IMG/VR virus record: IMGVR_UViG_3300020042_003420
Location: 1 to 36,660 of that record
Reading direction: 5' to 3' (one strand)
Source: a virus
Lineage: Duplodnaviria; Caudoviricetes
DNA length: 36,660 nt
Positions within the stretch are counted from its first letter, which is position 1. The number at the start of each line of letters is the position of its first letter. Position numbers and translations under genes: made by a program. The notes beneath the pieces are model-generated. The model saw nothing but the letters and a program-made list of their open reading frames with translations, made no database searches and had not been told where the DNA came from. Shown here in pieces: positions 1 to 6,641 of this stretch.

Positions 1-119
1 AATCAAAATGTTCAAACAAGTCCTGCAAAGTCTCCGGCATTTTGTCAGCATAGGCGTGTCCTAGTTCGTCGATTACGGCAATTCCGCCATTTTTTCCAGG
101 GTCAATTCCGATCGTGATC
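1..119. repeat. Terminal direct repeat (circular-assembly overlap), copy 1
   Basis: 1-119 is identical to 36542-36660 and falls inside a CDS, so it is most likely an assembler overlap. Confidence 0.97.
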
Positions 120-121
120 AT
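1..121 (-). CDS. 5' part of RuvC-like Holliday junction resolvase (continues across the circular junction to 36231)
   Basis: ATG at 121-119 overlaps the upstream TGA (ATGA); reads MITIGIDPGKNGGIAVIDELGHAYADKMPETLQD, containing the RuvC/RNase H IGIDPG motif. Confidence 0.9.
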   Translation of the reverse strand, partial: MITIGIDPGKNGGIAVIDELGHAYADKMPETLQDLFEHFD

Positions 122-324
122 TGGTTCCAGAGTTTAAGTTTTAGCTTCTTTGCGAGTCCGGTAATGGCGTAGTTTTCGTCATTGTCCCTGCAAAAGTGTT
201 TTGTTCGCTCTTTGTAAGCAATCCATGACCCATCCTTTGATTGCTCAGATTTGATTGAGTGATGTTTCATCCATTTTAGGCGCGGCGAGAGCTCTTCTGG
301 GAGATCGGTGAAAAGGCTTTCCAT
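118..324 (-). CDS. Hypothetical protein (MESLFTDLPEELSPRLKW...)
   Basis: ORF; stop coupled to the RuvC start; ATG start chosen at 324. Confidence 0.65.
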   Translation of the reverse strand: MESLFTDLPEELSPRLKWMKHHSIKSEQSKDGSWIAYKERTKHFCRDNDENYAITGLAKKLKLKLWNQ

Positions 325-464
325 AAGTTTTTGATGATTCTGATTGCAAACCAACTTGGTTTCTTGTTACTTCGTTTGCCAATGGCCTTCATTACCTCAT
401 AGGTTAGCAATGGATCGCGGCCAATGACGTGCAATGGTGATGAAAATGTTGTTATTCTGTTCAT
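276..464 (-). CDS. Hypothetical protein, 62 aa
   Basis: ATGA coupling with 461..655; overlaps the next ORF by ~49 nt. Confidence 0.5.
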   Translation of the reverse strand: MNRITTFSSPLHVIGRDPLLTYEVMKAIGKRSNKKPSWFAIRIIKNLWKAFSPISQKSSRRA

Positions 465-655
465 AATAGTTCGCTTCTGTGCCTCCAGATTTCCTTTTGG
501 CTTCTTGGTAGTTCAACGATGACGATATTGCATCCCTCAAATGTGCTTAAAGCATTGTTAAACCATTCTTGTTCGTGTTCTGTAGTGTTGTATCCGATAG
601 TCATTGGGACGTATCCGCGAGACTTTGCATCTGTTTCGTTTGTTGTTTCGATCAT
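461..655 (-). CDS. Hypothetical protein, 64 aa
   Basis: ORF in operon orientation. Confidence 0.65.
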   Translation of the reverse strand: MIETTNETDAKSRGYVPMTIGYNTTEHEQEWFNNALSTFEGCNIVIVELPRSQKEIWRHRSELL

Positions 656-667
656 AAAATTAAAGTT

Positions 668-718
668 GCCCCAAGAATAACGGACGGGCCAGCCGTTATG
701 GTATGCCTATTCTTTGGC
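668..718 (-). ncRNA. Structured intergenic RNA element: hairpin AUAACGG-CUGGCCCGU-CCGUUAU within an outer helix
   Basis: 7-bp stem 677-683/693-699; same loop and closing pairs as the hairpin at 35290-35313. Confidence 0.55.
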
Positions 719-726
719 CGATTGTT

Positions 727-999
727 TCAGAACGGAATGTCGTCGTCCTCTAAAGCCTGTTTTACTTGGTTATCAAAGACCTTGATCTTGGCATTGCCTA
801 GAATCGGGCCTTTCATCCCAGCCTCTTTCTGTTCCTTGCTGACATCCTGCACGGTGAATCCATCATTTCCATATTTGTCTGGCTCTTCACGAAGCAGAAC
901 AGTCAGATTGATATATCTTGCCCCTGTTTTCGGTGAGGTGTAAATCAGCGACTTGTCAATCTTGTCGAGATTTAGGTTTAGTTTAATCAGTTGTTTCAT
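727..999 (-). CDS. Single-stranded DNA-binding protein-like
   Basis: Acidic C-terminal tail EDDDIPF typical of SSBs; lies next to the exonuclease and ERF genes. Confidence 0.75.
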   Translation of the reverse strand: MKQLIKLNLNLDKIDKSLIYTSPKTGARYINLTVLLREEPDKYGNDGFTVQDVSKEQKEAGMKGPILGNAKIKVFDNQVKQALEDDDIPF

Positions 1000-1011
1000 T
1001 GTTTTCTTGTT

Positions 1012-1800
1012 TTAGACCAGCCATTTTGGGGCTGAGATTGTTTGAATTCCCTCAATTTGCTTTGGGAATTGATTTGTTTTTAAGCATTGCGTCCACTTTG
1101 ACAGGGCTTGCATATAACCATTGCGGCCAATCTGGATGAGTGAATCATCTAAATTCACCCAAGCTGATTCATGTGGCGATGATGTTTCAACGAAGCAAAA
1201 AAGGAATTCATTCCTATTTTCGCCAGATGCAGCATTCCACAAATCCAAGTACAAAGCAGCTTGCCAGTGGTATCCTCTCGAAATGATCGTCCTTGTCAAT
1301 CCATCAATGCCGTCAATGCTTGAAGTTGTCTTGAGATCGATGAGGCAATTTGAACTTGATGGCACAAGATCAATCATTCCCTTCAGCTTAACGTCACCGA
1401 TTTGGGAGTACACGGCGGCTTCTGTTACGCATGGCGAAATTGCGCCACTTAGGAATTCTTTAGCCATTTCGTGAGCCTTGTCAAAATCCTCATCCGAAAC
1501 AATTGTCATGCCAATTTCAATAGCTTCAGCTTTCCAGTTTTGAGCCTCCTTTGTGCGAAAGTTATCAAATGGTGAAACGACAAACTCATCCATATCATCT
1601 GGGGTCAAAGCAATGGCGTGTACAAGCCTGCCAAAGTCCATTGCTGGAGTTGATTCCCGCTTTTTGCCGTGAAGCCACTTGTAAGGGCTTTTCACGAAGT
1701 CAAACAGCATTGATTTGGAGACATAGCCTTCAAGGTTTTGAGGAGTTGCCCCGTCTTTGTAGTAATCGCGGCCAAGGTTATATTTTACAACTGCTTTCAT
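1012..1800 (-). CDS. PD-(D/E)XK exonuclease, RecE/exonuclease VIII-like (DUF3799 type)
   Basis: SKSML, FGRLVH, KGMIDLV...LIDLKTT and YHWQAALY motifs; adjacent to ERF. Confidence 0.88.
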   Translation of the reverse strand: MKAVVKYNLGRDYYKDGATPQNLEGYVSKSMLFDFVKSPYKWLHGKKRESTPAMDFGRLVHAIALTPDDMDEFVVSPFDNFRTKEAQNWKAEAIEIGMTIVSDEDFDKAHEMAKEFLSGAISPCVTEAAVYSQIGDVKLKGMIDLVPSSSNCLIDLKTTSSIDGIDGLTRTIISRGYHWQAALYLDLWNAASGENRNEFLFCFVETSSPHESAWVNLDDSLIQIGRNGYMQALSKWTQCLKTNQFPKQIEGIQTISAPKWLV

Positions 1801-2378
1801 TGTGCTGCCTCCATTTTCTTTTGTTTTGCATCAAGTGACTTTGTGGCAACTGCCATCTTGTCGATTGTGATGTCCTCCATTTTTTCGACTCCAAGGAATT
1901 TGCAGAACGCTTCTTCAGCGACTTGTAGTTCTTCCATCCGAGCTTGTAGACCCATGATTTGAAGCGGTGAGATCGGAACCTTTTTCATCGAATGAGCGGC
2001 TGATTGTCCATCGTCATCCTCTTGTGCGATTCCACAAACCGAAGCAAGGGAATATCGGCGAAGGTAGGTTGTGGCCGCTCCAATGCCTTGTGCGTCTGTC
2101 TTGGCAGGGATACATGATGAAACCCCTGTAATGGTTCCACCTCCAGCATGGGCCAAGCAGGTTGTGACACTTGCCATTGACCCGTCGAATGAAGGGATTT
2201 GCAAGATTGACAATCCATTGGCAGAATAGACTGGGCGAATGGTGTTTAATACCTCTGCCAAGTCTGCATATTTTGACTTGAAGTGAGGGTTGGTGCTGCC
2301 TTTTGTGGCGTTTTCAACTTCGCTTTGCGCTTTTGCAAGGGCCGCGAATAGTTCTGGTGTTGCGTTTTCTAGGTTCAT
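1797..2378 (-). CDS. erf: ERF-family single-strand annealing recombinase
   Basis: NPHFKSKYADL and GAATTYLRRYSLASVCGIAQEDDDG signature motifs. Confidence 0.93.
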   Translation of the reverse strand: MNLENATPELFAALAKAQSEVENATKGSTNPHFKSKYADLAEVLNTIRPVYSANGLSILQIPSFDGSMASVTTCLAHAGGGTITGVSSCIPAKTDAQGIGAATTYLRRYSLASVCGIAQEDDDGQSAAHSMKKVPISPLQIMGLQARMEELQVAEEAFCKFLGVEKMEDITIDKMAVATKSLDAKQKKMEAAQ

Positions 2379-2390
2379 TTTTTCGTTGTT

Positions 2391-2729
2391 TTATGGTTTT
2401 GCCGTAGCGGCGAGATCAATTTGGACATTTTCCTTGGGATAGCAAGATAATTCTTCAACTTTTTTCATCACGTTGGTTGCCCTAGCTCTGAAATCAGGAT
2501 CAATCTCAACAAGCATTCGCGTCCTTTGCCGTCCATGCATGACTGTTTGATGCGAGTTTTTCCCGAATTTCTTTGCGGTGTAGTTCAAGGAATGCACCTC
2601 CGAGTAAATGGTCATCGCTAACCATCGAGGTTTGACGTATTCCATCAAGCGAGTCTTGCAAACCATCTTTGCGGGATCGACTTCAAATTCAGCGGCGACA
2701 ATCTCGACAAGTTTTTCGAATTCGATCAT
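2391..2729 (-). CDS. DnaA C-terminal (domain IV)-like HTH protein
   Basis: IVAAEFEV...KTR...VKPRWLAM...AKKFGKNSHQTVMHG...DPDF resembles Bac_DnaA_C; ATGA-coupled start at 2729. Confidence 0.75.
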   Translation of the reverse strand: MIEFEKLVEIVAAEFEVDPAKMVCKTRLMEYVKPRWLAMTIYSEVHSLNYTAKKFGKNSHQTVMHGRQRTRMLVEIDPDFRARATNVMKKVEELSCYPKENVQIDLAATAKP

Positions 2730-2968
2730 TGGCTTAGAGCTACGTATGTTGGCTGGTCTTCGTATCGGATAGCATCCCCATCCCAAAACGGGCCAAGCAA
2801 GCCCGAAATCTTCATCGCGCCTTCAAGTTCGAGTCTTGCGTATTGGCTTGTGAATCTTCCAGTGATCGCGTGACCGTTTTGATCGAGAAACCTTGCGGCA
2901 TCATTTTCGTTGGCGAACTCGTAAGTAGCGAATGCGCTTTTTTCTCTTTTCGTTATTCTGATTTTCAT
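2726..2968 (-). CDS. Hypothetical protein, 80 aa
   Basis: ORF coupled on both sides. Confidence 0.7.
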   Translation of the reverse strand: MKIRITKREKSAFATYEFANENDAARFLDQNGHAITGRFTSQYARLELEGAMKISGLLGPFWDGDAIRYEDQPTYVALSQ

Positions 2969-3147
2969 TTGCTTGGTTTTTGTGGATTTGCAAGGATTAG
3001 GACTGCAACAATGTCAGCAAAGATGCAAGCCCAAAATAGGTTGTAGTTCCACTTTTCGGAGATCAACCCCGCTTGATGGACGCAATGGAATACGCCAACA
3101 TGGGCGAGAAGAACTATGGTGAAGAATGCGGCTGGGTGTAGTTTCAT
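2965..3147 (-). CDS. Small two-TM membrane protein, 60 aa
   Basis: Two hydrophobic segments; ATGA-coupled. Confidence 0.7.
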   Translation of the reverse strand: MKLHPAAFFTIVLLAHVGVFHCVHQAGLISEKWNYNLFWACIFADIVAVLILANPQKPSK

Positions 3148-3413
3148 GGTTTGAAATGATGTTTGTATCTTGGATGGGTTTTTAGTTTCGGTGCATTTTT
3201 GATTTGCGAGGCCGTAGCGTTCCAGCTTTGGCCTAAATAAGTGGCGATTTCTGTTTTAGTCATGCCGATTTGAAGCATTTGACTTGCAATAATGCTTTTA
3301 AGTCTTGAAGCGTTCCAAGTGTCTTTTTGAGTATTTTCCGCCATTATTTCAACCTCGCTCACTGGCGGGATTGCATTCTGGCAGACGTTTCGGATGATTT
3401 CACTCGGAAGCAT
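3144..3413 (-). CDS. HTH protein, weakly DnaA-C/TrpR-like
   Basis: GMTKTEIATYLGQSWNATASQIK HTH pattern; start chosen at MLPSEII. Confidence 0.55.
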   Translation of the reverse strand: MLPSEIIRNVCQNAIPPVSEVEIMAENTQKDTWNASRLKSIIASQMLQIGMTKTEIATYLGQSWNATASQIKNAPKLKTHPRYKHHFKP

Positions 3414-3618
3414 TTCGCGCCTCCCGAATGGTTTTGGCAAGCTCTTTCCTTGTAATCCTCATAGTGATTCCACTTGCCAACCATAGCATTGACTCTTTGC
3501 GGATGTTCCCAAGGCAGTCCTTCCAGTGAAACACATGGAATGCCATTGGGCTTTCCTCATACCATGAGGGTAAATTGTAAATAATTCCGTTTTCTGTTTT
3601 TCGGCGTTCGATTTTCAT
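3400..3618 (-). CDS. Hypothetical protein (MKIERRK...)
   Basis: A-rich leader AAAAACATG; ORF. Confidence 0.65.
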   Translation of the reverse strand: MKIERRKTENGIIYNLPSWYEESPMAFHVFHWKDCLGNIRKESMLWLASGITMRITRKELAKTIREARNASE

Positions 3619-3626
3619 GTTTTTAG

Positions 3627-4256
3627 TTAGTATTTTCCAAGGATGTTTGAGTGCGTTGGCTTGTCTAGCCCAATGACAAAGCGAGTAACCCATCCCGCGT
3701 CGGAAAGCTCATTGCGGTATGGGATGCCTAGACTAGCCAAATGGTTTGACATACTCAAAATGCTTTTCTCTACCCATTCCCCGCCGTAAATCGTAAAAAT
3801 TCCGATTCCATAGTTGGTTTCATAAAATCCAAGCCTTGCCGAATTGGAATCAAACCTTGCAAAGTTGGCAATGATTTGCGCTTTGAGCTTTTCCTTGCTT
3901 GTCTGGTGGCTTGCGTGATGCCCCCACAGTGAACAGTTCCAATGCGTTTCTGTGGAATTCCATGCTTCAGCGTGCTTTCCCCACGTGTCTCCATAGGCTT
4001 TGCAGTTTCGAGAATAGGTTTCGGGGTCTGGCTCTTTATATTTTGAGCAAAAAGCAGTGATGAAACTTCTCAAGAGTGAGTCTTCTTTCTTCGGGGTTTT
4101 CCAGTCGAATGTGTGAACCGTTTCTATGCCCTTGTGTCCGTATGGCCTTTGGATGCAAACTTTTGAGTCTAAAGGTATTTCTTCGAGTGGGTTATTTAAA
4201 ATAAGCGGTCTTCCTGTTACTGCTTGAATAAGTTCTTGAAATTGGTTTGTTTTCAT
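3627..4256 (-). CDS. Hypothetical early protein, 209 aa
   Basis: Long ORF with A-rich leader. Confidence 0.8.
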   Translation of the reverse strand: MKTNQFQELIQAVTGRPLILNNPLEEIPLDSKVCIQRPYGHKGIETVHTFDWKTPKKEDSLLRSFITAFCSKYKEPDPETYSRNCKAYGDTWGKHAEAWNSTETHWNCSLWGHHASHQTSKEKLKAQIIANFARFDSNSARLGFYETNYGIGIFTIYGGEWVEKSILSMSNHLASLGIPYRNELSDAGWVTRFVIGLDKPTHSNILGKY

Positions 4257-4264
4257 GTTTTCAG

Positions 4265-4681
4265 TTAGTTGAATTCTGTAATCATTTCGGGTTTTTCGTA
4301 AATGTTGATTCCTTCAAGGTCAAAAAGGTTTTCATACACTTCGAGTTCGCTTTTAGGTTCCTGCCGCAAGATATGGGCGATAGATTCACCGCTTTCTGCC
4401 ATCATTGCATAAGCTCCTTCCATCACTTCGAGATGCCATTGCAGGTCTGACTTAGCCTTTTCTAGCTTTGTTTCGCCGTCTTCCGGGTCTGCAATGCTTT
4501 CGAGGTACGCTAGCCTTTTCTGGTAAAGGCTCTCTTCCCTCGCCTGTTTCACGTTCTCAATGGTTTTGTTGATTTCCTCAATGTCCACGATGCTTTGCGC
4601 GTCACTTGTGCATAGCCCTTCGGCTTCAAGTTGTGCAACTCTTTCGGTATACCAGTCAATGTGCGATTTGTTTGTTTTCAT
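4265..4681 (-). CDS. Hypothetical acidic early protein (MKTNKSH..., 138 aa)
   Basis: Start reassigned to 4681 (AAAAGAACATG leader, avoids overlap with the upstream gene). Confidence 0.75.
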   Translation of the reverse strand: MKTNKSHIDWYTERVAQLEAEGLCTSDAQSIVDIEEINKTIENVKQAREESLYQKRLAYLESIADPEDGETKLEKAKSDLQWHLEVMEGAYAMMAESGESIAHILRQEPKSELEVYENLFDLEGINIYEKPEMITEFN

Positions 4682-4694
4682 GTTCTTTTCTAGG

Positions 4695-4931
4695 TTATTG
4701 GCGAGCATAGTCGCAAAATTCAATCCGAATGACAGAAATATCCGAAGGCTTGGTAATTGGCTGGGATTCATCAAATCGGCTAATATTGAATAATGTGGCG
4801 ACCATTCTTGCCGCGCCCCTGAAGGTTGGCTTTTTGGCAGAATAAGAGCGGATGAATGAGTAGGTTGACTCATACCCCCTGCCAGCTTTGCAATAATGGA
4901 TTGCGGTGATTTTTGTGATTGTTCTTTTCAT
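4695..4931 (-). CDS. Hypothetical early protein (MKRTITK...)
   Basis: AAAGAACATG leader. Confidence 0.7.
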   Translation of the reverse strand: MKRTITKITAIHYCKAGRGYESTYSFIRSYSAKKPTFRGAARMVATLFNISRFDESQPITKPSDISVIRIEFCDYARQ

Positions 4932-4989
4932 GTTCTTTGATTTGTTCAAGATTTGCGCTCTAACTGGGCCACAAGCTAGGCCGTGAGAT

Positions 4990-5205
4990 TTAGAGGCTCT
5001 TAATTACATTTAATGCGTCAACTTCACTTTGCAGGGAGTAAGATTGGAAAACCCATCCTCTTCCATATTTCTTGCCGCGATATTTAACTCCACCAAGTTT
5101 TCTGGCGATTGCTTCCGAAGCAAGGTAAAATGGTAGGTAATAACGGGGGTTCCCGTTTGAATCATTTTCAATGCGGATGAAGTCAGATTGGGTTAATTTA
5201 TTCAT
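4990..5205 (-). CDS. Small early protein, 71 aa
   Basis: RIENDSNGNPRYY...GGVKYRGKKYGRGWVFQSY resembles a recurrent small early phage protein family (from recall). Confidence 0.75.
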   Translation of the reverse strand: MNKLTQSDFIRIENDSNGNPRYYLPFYLASEAIARKLGGVKYRGKKYGRGWVFQSYSLQSEVDALNVIKSL

Positions 5206-5235
5206 GTTTTTTGTTTTCTTTGGTTTTGTTTGATT

Positions 5236-5264
5236 AACCCCGCCTGTCTGATTTAGGCGGGGTT
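5236..5264. promoter_or_regulatory. Strong intergenic stem-loop (AACCCCGCCT/AGGCGGGGTT)
   Basis: 10-bp perfect inverted repeat; U-rich tail only on the + strand, so either an antisense terminator or an mRNA-stabilising/processing hairpin. Confidence 0.6.
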
Positions 5265-5288
5265 GTTTGTTTCGTTAAATGGTTTAAT

Positions 5289-5480
5289 TTAGATTTTTTT
5301 TTTGCTAAGTGTCATTGATCCATTGATCCATTCAATCACGAAATCACCAGGATTCCTATCAATCAATTTTTTGGCCGCATCCTTCTCAGAGAATGCAAAT
5401 GATGCATCGTTCGGTAATGAGGCCTGGAATCCAATTTGCTTAGTTAATGGGTCGAGCATCCTAGTGATTTTAATTGTCAT
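5289..5480 (-). CDS. Hypothetical early protein, 63 aa
   Basis: ORF with AC-rich leader, directly downstream of the hammerhead. Confidence 0.7.
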   Translation of the reverse strand: MTIKITRMLDPLTKQIGFQASLPNDASFAFSEKDAAKKLIDRNPGDFVIEWINGSMTLSKKKI

Positions 5481-5510
5481 TTTCTTTGTTTAGTTTCTTT
5501 GGTTTGGTTT

Positions 5511-5560
5511 AGTCTCATCAGTTGCGTCATTAACGCAAGACGGCTTACGCCGTTTCGACT
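5511..5560 (-). ncRNA. Type II hammerhead ribozyme
   Basis: Minus strand reads AGUC-GAAA-CGGC GUAA GCCG-UC^-UUGCGU UAAUG ACGCAA-CUGAUGA-GACU: all core nucleotides, GUC cleavage triplet, stems I and III closed, stem II open. Confidence 0.93.
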
Positions 5561-5561
5561 T

Positions 5562-5792
5562 TTAGACAAGGTTTATGTGACCTGTAATGTGGTCAAAATC
5601 AGGGAAATCCGCGATTGCCTCAGCATCCTCAAAGGTTGGCTTTGAGTGCGAATAGATAGTTCTGACCGCATGGCATTTAGGCATTCCGCCAAGGTGTTTT
5701 AAAATGTCATCCACACTTTTAGCGGAAATCATGGTTTCCCCGTATGTGAGGATAACAAGGGTATATTTGATGTCGTAGGTTGCAATGTTCAT
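5562..5792 (-). CDS. First early gene, hypothetical (MNIATYDIK..., 76 aa)
   Basis: ATG at 5792 preceded by AAACCAAACCAAACAAAGAAA; lies downstream of the early promoter. Confidence 0.7.
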   Translation of the reverse strand: MNIATYDIKYTLVILTYGETMISAKSVDDILKHLGGMPKCHAVRTIYSHSKPTFEDAEAIADFPDFDHITGHINLV

Positions 5793-5845
5793 TTTCTTTG
5801 TTTGGTTTGGTTTGATTGTGAGCTTTGCTTCGCTCAACTGGAATC

Positions 5846-5874
5846 AAGGTAAATCATGGATTTAGCCCTGGCAA
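5846..5874 (-). promoter_or_regulatory. Early sigma70 promoter
   Basis: TTGCCA-N17-TACCTT on the minus strand with an AT-rich UP-like tract at 5875-5899. Confidence 0.75.
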
Positions 5875-5899
5875 TAAAAATCTTAATTATTTTTCAAAT

Positions 5900-6600
5900 C
5901 AGCTACAAGCCCCATAAACAAAGGGGTTGAGAGCCTTGGGAATCCATTCCAAACCCAGATTTTTATTAGCAAACCCCTAATCACTACATAGATGGCATAT
6001 ATATCAGGCCTTATGCTCTTTGGGGTTGTATTAGGCAAGGTCAGTAGCAGAGGCTTAAGTAAGCTTACTGGCAGGCCTCTAGCTCCCTTAAGGTGATTTT
6101 AACCATGGATGCTGATGGCTTGTCTATAGCTAATATTGGCAGTTGAGAGCTAATCCCAGTAAAAGCGTTGATTATTTTTGATACCCCCCCTTAAAATGTG
6201 GTGTTCAAGCGCACATCACGCTATTTCAGCCGTAAATGGGCCTAGAATCGCTTGGCATGGTTTATGGGGTAAGGCTAGGGCCGATCAATTCAAAGCGATT
6301 TCCATCTAACAATGTGACATGATGTAACATGGCATGGAATCTGTACTGCGCTATTCTTGTTACATTGTCCAGGTCATGGCGTTCTGCAGAACAATGGTCG
6401 CATGAACGCTGTTCGTTTGAATATGGCCTGGGGTTGAGCAAGTGATTCAAGCGGGTGATTTAAACGATCGTTTGAATTTGACGATTGGCGCAGGGATGTA
6501 ATGTTACATTGCGGCATTAGGGGGGGAGGGGGTTGAGGGTGGGCTTGGTTTAAAAATGTTGAGCGATTAACTCCCCAAACAAAAAATTCCCAAATGTTAA
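5900..6600. other. Non-coding control region between the divergent arms (candidate origin and/or packaging/terminus region)
   Basis: No credible ORF; contains palindromes, repeated motifs, and C7 and G-rich tracts. Confidence 0.6.
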
Positions 6601-6608
6601 ACATCTAC

Positions 6609-6636
6609 TTGACAGCTTTTGCTGTAATGATAATAC
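6609..6636 (+). promoter_or_regulatory. Probable promoter of the MTase gene
   Basis: TTGACA at 6609; imperfect -10 (TAATAC/GATAAT) just upstream of ATG 6642. Confidence 0.45.
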
Positions 6637-6641
6637 GAAGT

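Noticed and set aside
1-119. Biological terminal repeat
   Set aside because: It lies mid-gene and its length is consistent with an assembler k-mer overlap; physical ends are more plausibly in 5900-6600.
650-718. HDV-like ribozyme
   Set aside because: Partial threading is possible, but G1 placement, L3 length and the J4/2 catalytic strand do not fit.
2788-2798. Third copy of the loop motif (ACGGGCCAAGC)
   Set aside because: Inside a CDS (LGPF codons) with no flanking stem; a post-hoc match.
5200-5815. CRISPR array or mini-array from the GGTTT repeats
   Set aside because: The repeats are short low-complexity translation leaders separated by genes, not constant repeats with uniform spacers.
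6262-6604. Minus-strand ORFs 6262-6450 and 6374-6604
   Set aside because: They have non-ATG starts, run through regulatory repeats and G tracts, and lie upstream of the early promoter.
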